A stretch of 64,000 nucleotides of DNA from Candidatus Spongiisociaceae bacterium (GTDB lineage Bacteria; Actinomycetota; Acidimicrobiia; Spongiisociales; Spongiisociaceae): the NCBI GenBank assembly GCA_965262915.1, contig OZ253564.1, positions 4,320,001 to 4,384,000 of the forward strand, given 5' to 3'. A model generated the notes under the pieces. It worked only from the letters and a program-made list of their open reading frames with translations. It had not been told where the DNA came from and did not search any database. Shown here piece after piece: positions 41,486-50,832 of the stretch. Position 1 is the stretch's first letter. Each line of letters starts with the position of its first letter. The position numbers and the translations under genes are program-made.

Positions 41486-42229
41486 TCAGCCAGCCGTGGT
41501 AGGCAGGGCTAGTTTGTACGCCTCAACCACCGGACCAGCCGGACCCAAGCCCTGCACCTTGCCCCGATCGAGCCACAGCACCCGATCGCACATCTCGACT
41601 ACCATGGTGAGCGAGTGGCTGGCCACGATCACCGTCCCGCCCCTTGCCAGTAGATCCCGCATCGCCCCCAGGCTCTTCTCCCTGAAGCCGGCATCGCCCA
41701 CAGCCAAGACCTCATCGAGGAGGAGGATGTCTGGCAGCAGGTGCATCGAGATCGAGAAGGCCAGCCGGGAGACCATTCCGGACGAGAAGGACTTGAGGGG
41801 GCGGTCGATCGCCTCCCCGAGGCCCGCATAACCGACGATATCGTCGAACAGGCGGCCGATCTCCGCCCTTCTCAAGCCGTGCGCAAGGCCGCTCAGATAG
41901 ACATTGCGCCGCCCCGACAACTCGGTGTTGAAACCGGCACCCAGCTGCAGCAGGGTGGATGTCTCGCCGCGTATCTCCACGGTGCCCGAATCGGGCCGCA
42001 TGGTGCGGGCGATCACCCGTAGCAGGGTACTCTTGCCGGCCCCGTTGTCGCCCACCAGGCCCAGGGTCTCGCCTCGCTGAACCTCGAAGGAGACATCGTC
42101 GAGCGCCACCACGGTGGTGGCCTGTCGCAGCCTCCTCCCCGCGACGACCCTGCGCAGGGTCGGCGTCCGCTCAACGTAGGCCCGGTACCGGACCCCGACT
42201 CCATTCACCGAAACCGCCGCGGAACTCAC
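41486..42229 (-). CDS. Polysaccharide ABC exporter ATPase (Wzt/TagH-like)
   Basis: GDNGAGKS, FSSGMVSRLAF, LLLDEVLAVGDAGF; GTG overlaps the permease stop. Confidence 0.92.
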   Translation of the reverse strand: MSSAAVSVNGVGVRYRAYVERTPTLRRVVAGRRLRQATTVVALDDVSFEVQRGETLGLVGDNGAGKSTLLRVIARTMRPDSGTVEIRGETSTLLQLGAGFNTELSGRRNVYLSGLAHGLRRAEIGRLFDDIVGYAGLGEAIDRPLKSFSSGMVSRLAFSISMHLLPDILLLDEVLAVGDAGFREKSLGAMRDLLARGGTVIVASHSLTMVVEMCDRVLWLDRGKVQGLGPAGPVVEAYKLALPTTAG

Positions 42230-43083
42230 AGGTGCCTGACCATGTTGCCCTCTTGGCGCACGAAGCTGACGACCCCGCCCAGCCCGATCACCATCGTCCA
42301 GACCAGGGCCGGGATGAACGCCGCGACATCGAGTTCCCGACCCATCAACGCCATGCGGTAGAACGACAGGATCCCGAACATGGGGTTGAGAGGGGCGATC
42401 TGCTCGATCCATTGCCCCTGACCCTCGACGAAGCTAAGAGGCCAGATGATCGGGGAGAGGTAGAGCCACAGCCTGTTCAGGTGCGGGATAAGGTTGTTGA
42501 TGTCCCTGAACGGGATGGCCAGCCGGGCGATCCACCCCGCCAGACCGAGGTTGAACAGGGTATGGAGGCCGATGGCAACCGGTAACCACACGATGCTGGC
42601 TCCGGGTCGGACCCCGTTGGCCGGCCAGACGATGACGTAATAGACGGGGATCGACAGAGCGAACCCGATACCGGTTTCGATGATCGCCGACATCGGCAGC
42701 ACCAATCGGGGAAAGCGGATGTTCACGAGGAGTCTCCGGTTGGCCAGGATGCTGTTGGCGCCCGATGTCATGGCGGTCGCCGTGTAGTTGAACACGAACA
42801 CCCCGGAGAGGAGCCAGGCTATGAAGTCGGCGTCGCCCCTTCGCCCTTCGAAGATGACCCCGAAAACCAGGAAGTAGACCGCCGCCATGATCAAAGGGTT
42901 CAACACCCACCAGAAGAACCCCAGCGAGGTGGACGCGTTACGGGCCTTCAGATTCCCCATCGCCAGGAACCAGCCGAACTCGCGCCACTGCCACAGATTG
43001 CGCAAGTAGGTACGCCATCCGGACAGGCTCGGGGCTTCGCTGGCGGTAATAGTGGGCACGACAGCCGATTCTACGGCCACCAT
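42226..43083 (-). CDS. Polysaccharide ABC exporter permease (Wzm/TagG-like)
   Basis: LGFFWWVLNPL, FPRLVLP, FRDI, YLSPIIW and LNPM; RBS AGGAGGA. Confidence 0.92.
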   Translation of the reverse strand: MVAVESAVVPTITASEAPSLSGWRTYLRNLWQWREFGWFLAMGNLKARNASTSLGFFWWVLNPLIMAAVYFLVFGVIFEGRRGDADFIAWLLSGVFVFNYTATAMTSGANSILANRRLLVNIRFPRLVLPMSAIIETGIGFALSIPVYYVIVWPANGVRPGASIVWLPVAIGLHTLFNLGLAGWIARLAIPFRDINNLIPHLNRLWLYLSPIIWPLSFVEGQGQWIEQIAPLNPMFGILSFYRMALMGRELDVAAFIPALVWTMVIGLGGVVSFVRQEGNMVRHL

Positions 43084-43181
43084 TCCTCCTTGGCGGCATT
43101 CAGCCGATCCGGTCACACCGGTGACTGTCCTGCGTACACCACCCACGTTCGGTTGTTCCCTCCGTGGTGTGCTGGCATACC

Positions 43182-43615
43182 ATGCGCCGTACCACCGTCA
43201 AACTCCCCGACCGCGTCGATGCCGTACTGAGGCACGAGGCGCACCGTCGCGGGATCACCATCTCGGAACTCACCCGCGAGGCCATCGAAGCCCACTTGGG
43301 GCTGCCCGACCGGCGACTCGGGGCAGCCAGCGCCGGCCGTAGCGGGAGGAGCGACATCTCGATGCGGAAGCAGAGGTCCGATTCCTCGGAGATCTGGCGA
43401 CGGGCGAACTCACGGTCGAACCCGTCGGAGCGAGTGACTGGCTCCGTATTGCCGAACTCGTGTACCGGTACCGGGACCTATCGCTCGGAACGGTGGATGC
43501 GTCTGTCGTCGCGACCGCCGAGCGTCTGGATGTGACCACGATCATGACGCTTGACCGGCGGCACTTCTCGATCGTCCGGCCCTCTCATACACCGAGGTTC
43601 GAGATCCTTCCGTAG
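43182..43615 (+). pseudogene. vapBC operon with an internal deletion (RHH antitoxin 5' part joined to PIN toxin 3' part)
   Basis: MRRTTVKLPDRVDAVLRHEAHRRGITISELTREAIE (RHH) switches at about 43360 to another frame reading ...RYRDLSLGTVDASVVATAERLDVTTIMTLDRRHFSIVRP...* (PIN C-terminus); the PIN N-terminus is missing. Confidence 0.8.
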
Positions 43616-43714
43616 GAAGGTGCTGCAAAACGGTGCTGAGCAACGGCCCGTCTTCCTCTGAACAGGCATTGTGTCATCGGTCGACGGGCCGTGAAGGGGT
43701 TTTGCACCACCCAC
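43616..43714 (-). mobile_element. ~100-bp MITE (family A), copy 3, inverted
   Basis: GAAGGTGCTGCAAAA ... TTTTGCACCACCCAC, flanked by GTAG/CTAG; interior is the reverse complement of the other A copies. Confidence 0.85.
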
Positions 43715-43735
43715 CTAGCGAGGCTGAGTGGCCTG

Positions 43736-45709
43736 TCAGGCGCCCTCGAGCCAGGTGGCCAAGCGCTCGGCCACCGCCGGGCCCGTGAGGCCCAGTTCCT
43801 CGGCGATCCGCCCCGCGGGTGCGGACGCCCCGAAGCGGTCGATGCCGATCGTGAGGCCGCCGGATCCGGCGAACCTCGACCAGCCGTAGGTCGAGGCAGC
43901 CTCCAAGGTGGCGACCGCCATGCCCTCGCCCAGCACCTCCCGGCGGTATCCGTCCGGTTGCTCCAGGAACAACTCCACGCACGGCATGCTCACAACCCGG
44001 ATGGAGTGGGAATCCGCGAGGATTCCGGCCGCCTCCAAGGCAACCGAGACCTCCGAACCGGTGGCGACCACCACGGCATCGGTCCCATCCGCCAGTACGT
44101 ACCCGCCGCGGGCCACGCCGCCCTCCCGGCCGGACCGGTCCAGGACCGGCACGCTCTGGCGGGTCCCCAGGATGATCGCCGGGTGGCGCTGGTTGAGCAC
44201 CGTCTCCCACGTCTCGACCATCTCGCCCGCGTCGGCCGGGCGGAACACCGCCATGTTGGGCATGGCCCGCATCGAGGCCAGGTGCTCGATGGGCTGGTGA
44301 GTGGGACCGTCCTCTCCGAGAAACACCGACTCGTGGGTGAAGACCCAGATCGCGGGGATGTCCATGAGGGCCGAAAGCCGTATCGCCGGACGCATGTAGT
44401 CGCTGAACACGAAGAAGGTGGCGCCGTACGGCCGCAGACCACCGTGGAGAGCCATACCGTTGACCACCGTGCCCATCGCATGTTCCCGAACCCCGAAGTG
44501 CATGTTGCGGCCGCAACGATTGTCACGGGAGAAGCTCCCGCCCGCCGACAGGATGGTCTTGGTCGACTCGACCAGGTCGGCGGAGCCGCCGATCAACCCG
44601 GGAACCTTCTCGCCTATCTCGTCGAAGATCGCCCCCATGGCCCGCCGGGTGGCCAACCCGGCGCCCACCTCGAAACCCGGGCCTTCCAACTCGACCGGCG
44701 CCGGATCGAAGTAGGCAGACCAGCGGGCGGCCAGGTCGGGGCTCGCCCCGGTCGCGGCGTCGAGTCTCCGCTCCCAGGACGAACGGGCTTCGCGACCCCG
44801 ATCCATCCCGGAGGCGAAGAACTCCCGCACCCCGTCGGGGACATGGAAGTCCTGATCCGGCCATCCGACCCCCCTACGCCACCCGGCGATCTCGCTCGCC
44901 CCGAGGGGCGCTCCGTGGGCAGCGGAGGTGTCCTGCTTGCTGGGGGCGCCCTTACCGATGTGGGTACGAGCGATGATGAGCGATGGTCGCCCGGTCTCAC
45001 GGCAGGCGGCGCCGAGAGCAGTATCGATCGCCTCGGGATCGTGCCCGTCGACTTCCAGGGTGTGCCATCCCACTGCCCGGAAGCGAGCGGCCACTCCCTC
45101 GCTGAAGGTCAGGTCGGTGGGACCGTCGATGGAGATACGGTTGTCGTCGTAGACGTAGTTGAGCTTGCCGAGACCCAGATGGCCGGCCACCGAAGCGGTC
45201 TCGGCCGAGATTCCCTCCATCAGGTCGCCGTCGGAGACGAAGGCCCACGTGCGATGGTTCACCAAGTCGTCGCCGAACACCGAGTTGAGGTGGGCTTCGG
45301 CGATCGCCATTCCCACGGCGGCGCCGAATCCCTGCCCGAGGGGTCCGGTGGTCATCTCTATCCCCAGATGAGGCTCGTACTCGGGGTGCCCGGCCGTCGG
45401 CGACCCCCACTGGCGGAAGTTGACCAGGTCCTCCATCGAGACCGGGAACCCACACAGATGCAGGACCGAATAGAGCAGCATCGAACCGTGCCCGTTCGAC
45501 AGCACGAAGCGGTCCCGGTCCGGCCACCGTGGATGGTCGGGATCCACTACCAGGTGACGGGTCCACAGAACCGTGGCCAGGTCGGCCATGCCCATCGGCA
45601 TTCCCGGATGGCCCGAATTGGCCCGCTGGACTGCGTCCATCGCCAGAGCGCGGATCGTATGCGCAGCTGCCTGATGCCCCTCTCGGTTGATCGGCGTTGG
45701 GTTGGACAC
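43736..45709 (-). CDS. tkt: Transketolase
   Basis: [36 protein letters not shown] and [10 protein letters not shown]. Confidence 0.96.
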   Translation of the reverse strand: MSNPTPINREGHQAAAHTIRALAMDAVQRANSGHPGMPMGMADLATVLWTRHLVVDPDHPRWPDRDRFVLSNGHGSMLLYSVLHLCGFPVSMEDLVNFRQWGSPTAGHPEYEPHLGIEMTTGPLGQGFGAAVGMAIAEAHLNSVFGDDLVNHRTWAFVSDGDLMEGISAETASVAGHLGLGKLNYVYDDNRISIDGPTDLTFSEGVAARFRAVGWHTLEVDGHDPEAIDTALGAACRETGRPSLIIARTHIGKGAPSKQDTSAAHGAPLGASEIAGWRRGVGWPDQDFHVPDGVREFFASGMDRGREARSSWERRLDAATGASPDLAARWSAYFDPAPVELEGPGFEVGAGLATRRAMGAIFDEIGEKVPGLIGGSADLVESTKTILSAGGSFSRDNRCGRNMHFGVREHAMGTVVNGMALHGGLRPYGATFFVFSDYMRPAIRLSALMDIPAIWVFTHESVFLGEDGPTHQPIEHLASMRAMPNMAVFRPADAGEMVETWETVLNQRHPAIILGTRQSVPVLDRSGREGGVARGGYVLADGTDAVVVATGSEVSVALEAAGILADSHSIRVVSMPCVELFLEQPDGYRREVLGEGMAVATLEAASTYGWSRFAGSGGLTIGIDRFGASAPAGRIAEELGLTGPAVAERLATWLEGA

Positions 45710-45712
45710 CGT

Positions 45713-46435
45713 CTACGCGCCCGCGGCCAGGGCCTGGAGCATGGAACCCATGACTTCAGGGGCTATGCCCCCACTGATCCGCCGCACGACCCTACCGGAC
45801 CCGTCCAAGAGGACGTAATAGGGGTACGCGTTCAGACCGAAGGCGTTGGAGATGCTGTCGGCGGCACTGTCCACCACCACCCGCGGGGTCCATCCCTCGC
45901 GTTCCAGCCAGACGTCGGGCGGGTAGTTGGGCCGGATCTCGTTGATCGCGGTCGCGACCGACACGAAATCCACCCCGGGAGGGATGCCGTTCTCGTTGAT
46001 CCATGCCTGCACCGCCGGCACCTCACTCTGGCAGTGCTGGCACCAGTGGGCCAGGAACACGATGATCTTGGGGATGCCGTCGTGCTGTATGGAAGCCGGC
46101 TGCCCCGAGAAGTCGAAGGACGACACCTCGGGCGCCGGCAGACCGGCTGCGGAGTCGCTGACCGTATTGTCGTAGCGAGGCAGGATGGGTCCGGTAACCG
46201 TCACGTCGGGGAGCAGCAGAGCCTCTCGTTCCGGTTCACGCTCCTCCTCGCCGGCCAGCGTGATCCCGAGTACCACCACCGCCACCAGCGCCACCAGACC
46301 TGCACCCGCCAGGAGGATCTTCTTGCCGAGCCCCGAAGGTCGGTCCTCGGATGTGGGAAGGGTGGGTCTGACGGGTGCAGGCTTGGCCGATGGCCGCACC
46401 TTGGGGTCCCCGCGCTTACCCTCGGTCCTTGCCAT
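45713..46435 (-). CDS. Membrane-anchored TlpA-like thioredoxin
   Basis: TM anchor, AHWCQHC active site, AYP cis-Pro loop. Confidence 0.85.
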   Translation of the reverse strand: MARTEGKRGDPKVRPSAKPAPVRPTLPTSEDRPSGLGKKILLAGAGLVALVAVVVLGITLAGEEEREPEREALLLPDVTVTGPILPRYDNTVSDSAAGLPAPEVSSFDFSGQPASIQHDGIPKIIVFLAHWCQHCQSEVPAVQAWINENGIPPGVDFVSVATAINEIRPNYPPDVWLEREGWTPRVVVDSAADSISNAFGLNAYPYYVLLDGSGRVVRRISGGIAPEVMGSMLQALAAGA

Positions 46436-46444
46436 GGGCTACTC

Positions 46445-46987
46445 CTATGTTCGACCTGTGTACGACGGTTCCCCGAGCATCCGCAGACCCGCCAGCAGGG
46501 CGATCATCAGGAACCCGGTGAACGCCATGAAGGGTATCGACATGAAACCGAATTGCTCAACCCAGACGTAGGTGCAGGGCGCGGCCGCGTCGCAGAACTG
46601 CTCGGATCCGCCCACCCAACCCCGCTGCTCCGCGTAGTGGTAGGCGGCGACCAAGCCGCCCACCGACGAGAGCGCCAGAGCGATCTGCGCCACCCCGCGA
46701 AACGGCTTCCACGCAGCCACGATCAGCAGGACGGCGAGTGGATACATCAAGCCCCTCTGAACCCAGCACAGAAGGCACGGGACGAAACCCTCCACCTCGG
46801 ACAGGTAGAGCGACCCGAAGGTCGCGACCGCGGCAACCGTTGCTGCCACCGGCAAGGCATACGGACCCAGTTCCAGAGAGGCGGCAGCCCGGTAGCGGGA
46901 GCTGACGAGCGTGATCGCCAAGCCCACGGATGCCGCTAGAGCCAGCAGGCTCAGCAGTGAGAAGAGCAGGACCATGAGAGCGACCAC
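46445..46987 (-). CDS. DsbB/BdbC-family disulfide bond formation protein
   Basis: GSLYLSE, PCLLCWVQR and a second Cys pair FCDAAAPC. Confidence 0.88.
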   Translation of the reverse strand: MVALMVLLFSLLSLLALAASVGLAITLVSSRYRAAASLELGPYALPVAATVAAVATFGSLYLSEVEGFVPCLLCWVQRGLMYPLAVLLIVAAWKPFRGVAQIALALSSVGGLVAAYHYAEQRGWVGGSEQFCDAAAPCTYVWVEQFGFMSIPFMAFTGFLMIALLAGLRMLGEPSYTGRT

Positions 46988-47279
46988 CGATTGAGACGAT
47001 TCTGGACAGCGATCTTAGACCGCCGGCAGGAGAATCTCCGACCGCAGAGGGAGGACCGCTCCATTGCTTGTCGAGCCGCTCAGGCTCCGGGTGAATCTGG
47101 TAGCCGGTATTTGCGGGCCGCATTGCCGTTCGCGTGGGTAGTCAGAACTCCGGATACAGATCCTCGTGCGAGGTGTCGGCTGCCGTGTAGTCGGGTCCGT
47201 AGTTCCGAAAGTACGGAAGAGTTCTGGACTATATAACTGTTTGAAAAGGTTTCTGCTGGTTTATATCACACACCCGCAG

Positions 47280-47301
47280 TACAATACGAACATATGTACG
47301 A
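47280..47301 (+). promoter_or_regulatory. -10 element followed by an SOS-box-like site
   Basis: TACAAT (47280-47285) then ACGAACATATGTACGA, two mismatches from the actinobacterial LexA box TCGAAC-N4-GTTCGA. Confidence 0.6.
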
Positions 47302-48655
47302 ATACCTACTCGACTACCCGGACCACGACACGGTCCAGCCCAGCTTCCTGAACGGCATGGAAACCAACCGGTCACACGACATGTTCATGAGCGGCTACCA
47401 GAAGCAGCGACAACGGGTGTACGACCGGGCCCATCACATGGTGGGGAGCGGGGGCTATTTGCATGCGGATGTGGAGGACGCCAAAGCAGAAGCCGGCCTC
47501 GTCCGAGCCGAGGCCCAGGTCAGCAGGGCCAGAGGCGACCAGCTCGGTTGGGTCAAGCACATGCTGCGGCGCGGGAGTACAGCAAGGTTGGGGTATCGCA
47601 ATCCGGTGGAACTGGTCGCTTCCCGTCTCGATATGGAGCGTTCCACGGCTCGTGCTCTGGTGTATCTGGCCGAACGGTTGGGAGACGACCAGATCGAGGG
47701 GATCCGAAACGGCGCTGTTGCCTACGTGCGGGCGCTGGAGGAGACCCGCCTGGCCGAAGCGGGCGCCTCGGCTGAAGTGATCGCCCGTAGCCGGGATATG
47801 GATCTCGAGTCGGTGAAACGGATCCTCCAAGCCCACCGCAAGATGAGCCGGGCCGACGAGCGACGGGTGTTCGAGGGCCAGTATGTGGCGTTCCAGCCTT
47901 CCCTGGACGGCAGCCACGTGCGGCTGAACGGACAACTCGGCGCTCTGGAGGCGGAGATATGCCGCCAGGGTCTCGACCGCAGAGGTGAGAAGCTGATACC
48001 GGCGGGTGAGGCCCGTCCCGATGCTGGACTGCGCAGGGCGTTGGCGCTCACCACCCTGTGCCAGGACGAACTCGACCGCAATCCCAAACCCGCTAACACA
48101 ACCGCGGAACGGATACGGTCGGCCCGCAACCGGCGCGAACCCCTCCTCATGGTCGTCGCCCACCAGCCCCTCGCCGAAGCATCGGGCTTCGAACAGGGCA
48201 CCGCCGTGCTCGCCGGAGCAAGGGTAGGACCCGATGTCGTGGACCTCATCGGATGCGTGGGCCGCACCGAGGCCATCACCGCACAAGGACCCGACATCGT
48301 CCACCACGGCGCCGCCACCGGCATCCGGCCGGCGCTGCGGCGGGCCGTGCTCGCCCGAGACGACGGTTGCACCATCGACGGATGCACCTCCACGTACCGT
48401 CTCGAGGTGCACCACATCGTGCCGAGATCCCAAGGCGGCGACCACTCACCTGAGAATCTCACCGCCCTGTGCTGGTGGCACCACCACGTCGCCGTACACC
48501 GCCGAGGCATGCGTATCGATCCCCAATCACCACCCCGGCGACGACGCCTGTTGCCACAGAGGCGCTCCTGCGGTTACCGGCCACCCGACCCAGACCCCCA
48601 CACCCTCGCCATATTCCGAGCCCTGCACGCACCCACCAACCGCGCTCCGCCCTGA
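47294..48655 (+). CDS. DUF222-like / HNH endonuclease (13E12-type)
   Basis: LRRAVLARDDGCTIDGC...EVHHIV...GG...NLTALCWWHHHVAVH HNH motif. Confidence 0.85.
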   Translation: MYEYLLDYPDHDTVQPSFLNGMETNRSHDMFMSGYQKQRQRVYDRAHHMVGSGGYLHADVEDAKAEAGLVRAEAQVSRARGDQLGWVKHMLRRGSTARLGYRNPVELVASRLDMERSTARALVYLAERLGDDQIEGIRNGAVAYVRALEETRLAEAGASAEVIARSRDMDLESVKRILQAHRKMSRADERRVFEGQYVAFQPSLDGSHVRLNGQLGALEAEICRQGLDRRGEKLIPAGEARPDAGLRRALALTTLCQDELDRNPKPANTTAERIRSARNRREPLLMVVAHQPLAEASGFEQGTAVLAGARVGPDVVDLIGCVGRTEAITAQGPDIVHHGAATGIRPALRRAVLARDDGCTIDGCTSTYRLEVHHIVPRSQGGDHSPENLTALCWWHHHVAVHRRGMRIDPQSPPRRRRLLPQRRSCGYRPPDPDPHTLAIFRALHAPTNRAPP

Positions 48656-49029
48656 TCCGGCACGCCACCGGCTGCCCTGCCCACATCAGTTGACCGACCG
48701 CGTACAACACCCGAACAGATCCCAGAGCAGGACCAACCACCGGGGCCATCCCCGGTGAGTGTCGAGAGCCGGGCCGATCCCTATGCCCCGTCTGGGAGGG
48801 GTGCGATCATCTGGCGGTCGACGATCTGACCTGCGGCCATGTGGATCCTTTCATCCCCTCCCCCGAATCATGTCCGGGTCGGTGGGTGATCCCTTTCGAT
48901 AGACCTCAGCAGTTGGGGTGGGTGTTGGGATGTCCGTCGAGGATGCTGTCGTTCTTGTTACCTCGGACGCGGCTACGGGTGGGCCGGTGGAGGAATACCG
49001 TATCTGGTTGGTTGACCGGGCTACCCCGT

Positions 49030-49175
49030 AGGAGCCAGTACCTGCCCATCCGCTACACCAACCGCATCACCCAGCCCGGTATCCGACCCTCGGTCGGATC
49101 CGTAGGCAATTCATATGCCAACGCGCCCGCCGAGTCGGTCATCGGCCTGCACAAGACTGAACTCATCCACCGAGA
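49030..49175 (+). pseudogene. IS3-family transposase fragment
   Basis: SQYLPIRYTNRITQPGIRPSVGSVGNSYANAPAESVIGLHKTELI is a decayed IS3 integrase core (GSQY...SVGSVGDSYDNALAE). Confidence 0.85.
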
Positions 49176-49301
49176 ACGTCTGCCGACCGAGCACCGTCCT
49201 GGGAGGCTGGTGCTTAATGGGGTTTCTTTGCGATGCAAATACCTCTGACCAGGGGGTGTGCCATCTCGAAATCGGAGATTGAGGCCTTTTCGACCAGTCT
49301 C

Positions 49302-49670
49302 CTAGGACGTTTGCGGTGCCTGGTGGGCTTGGAGTTCGGCCAGGCTCGCCCATTCGAGAGTGCGGGCATGGGTAGCCTCCAGCACCACGTCCGGAGCCAT
49401 GCCCGCTTCCTTCGCCTCGACCCAGCGGGCCGCGCACAGGCACCAGCGGTCGCCAGCTTTGAGACCCGGAAAGCGGAAGGCCGGCACCGGGGTGGAAAGA
49501 TCGTTGCCCACCGACCGGGAGAACTCGAGAAACTCGTCGGTGACCACCACGCATACGGTGTGCACACCGTAGTCGCGAGCGTCCGTGTTGCAGCACCCGT
49601 CCCGTGACCAGCCGGTCAGCGGATCCAGCGAACACGCCTTCAGTTCACTACCCAAAACGTTATGCGCCAT
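49302..49670 (-). CDS. DUF2237 family protein
   Basis: NVLG...CS.DPLTG..RDGCC, HTVC, GNDLSTP.P...FPGLK.GDRWCLCAARW. Confidence 0.88.
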   Translation of the reverse strand: MAHNVLGSELKACSLDPLTGWSRDGCCNTDARDYGVHTVCVVVTDEFLEFSRSVGNDLSTPVPAFRFPGLKAGDRWCLCAARWVEAKEAGMAPDVVLEATHARTLEWASLAELQAHQAPQTS

Positions 49671-49845
49671 GGCTGCATTGAACCACATCCGGAGCAGTCT
49701 GTGGTCGTGAGCCGTGTCCAGTGGTTCGAGGGCCCGTAACCCGCGAGCCGTGAGCCACGCCCAGCATCGTGCTTATGCCAAGCTTCTATTACTGGATATA
49801 CCAATAACTATTGACCATCGGCTACTGGACACCAGCCACCGACGC

Positions 49846-50220
49846 TCAGAAGCTCTGGCCGAAGCTCGATATGCCGCGCAGACCGAGACCCATCATGAAC
49901 AGGAGAGCCAAGCCCCAGTAGAGGGCCGGGCGGCGCTGGAACTGCGCCCTGTATATGTAGATGAAGGTCAGGGTCAGCAGGATCACGATGCCGTAGAACA
50001 TGTGGATGCTGCCCGGCTCCAGATCCCGGGCGAAGAGCAGCAGGCCCAGTCCTACCTGAACCATCATCGAGAGGACCGACAGGGTCACCAGGGCCTTGAA
50101 CACCCGGTCGGGCCGGCGGCGGAAGAAGTGATACAGAAGCGCCGCCGCCCCCGAGGCACCACAAACGCCGATGGCCGTCCATCCCAGCCACATGTGGAGA
50201 GGCACCGCCAGATCAGTCAC
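49846..50220 (-). CDS. Small hypothetical membrane protein
   Basis: Four hydrophobic segments, HMFYG motif; co-oriented with its neighbours. Confidence 0.7.
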   Translation of the reverse strand: MTDLAVPLHMWLGWTAIGVCGASGAAALLYHFFRRRPDRVFKALVTLSVLSMMVQVGLGLLLFARDLEPGSIHMFYGIVILLTLTFIYIYRAQFQRRPALYWGLALLFMMGLGLRGISSFGQSF

Positions 50221-50243
50221 ACGGGCGTCCCACTAACCGACCG

Positions 50244-50828
50244 TCATCGACGGGACCCGCGGCCCGCCATCTCCGATCGAGCCACCTCCGTCAGCACGTC
50301 GGTGAGACCGGCCACCGCGGACGGGTCCAGCCGCAGGTTGCGGCCGATCTCGATCTGCACGCCCCCTTCGGACGGGAGGTTGACGGGATTGAGAGGATGC
50401 TCGCCTCTGAGATGTCGCGGGATACGCTCCATGTCATCGATCACCCGGAAACCGGCGCTCCGCAACTTCCAGCCTACCCGCCCGGCCAAGGACCGGTTAC
50501 CTCCGCCCAACGCCACCTTGTCGTTGAGGCGCGCCAGGTTCATCCCGTGCAGCGAGAGCACCATGGTGGAGCGAGACAGGAAGGCGTCGAGGAGCCTCGA
50601 CTCGGTCCGGTCGTACCTGACCGATGTCAGGTGACCATCCGGTTCCCTCCACTCCGGTTGCACCACCGCGTACAGGCTGGCCCCGCTGGCGAGAGCGGCC
50701 GCCTCGCCGATCTCATAGGTGGACGGCTCTATGCCGCCGTGCAGGGCCATGAAACCGAAGGCGGCTTCGATGCCGGCCACTTCCCGGACAGCCGGGTGTC
50801 GGAGCAGTTCACGCAACGACCGGGGCAT
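50244..50828 (-). CDS. Poly-gamma-glutamate hydrolase-like (PghP/DUF867) protein
   Basis: ALHGGIEPST, HLTSVRYD, LSLHG, NPVN and GGVQIEI motifs. Confidence 0.75.
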   Translation of the reverse strand: MPRSLRELLRHPAVREVAGIEAAFGFMALHGGIEPSTYEIGEAAALASGASLYAVVQPEWREPDGHLTSVRYDRTESRLLDAFLSRSTMVLSLHGMNLARLNDKVALGGGNRSLAGRVGWKLRSAGFRVIDDMERIPRHLRGEHPLNPVNLPSEGGVQIEIGRNLRLDPSAVAGLTDVLTEVARSEMAGRGSRR

Positions 50829-50832
50829 CCGC

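Noticed and set aside
43691-46939. 1082-aa plus-strand ORF and other long shadow ORFs (e.g. 25817-28318)
   Set aside because: Antisense to well-supported genes; typical high-GC shadow frames.
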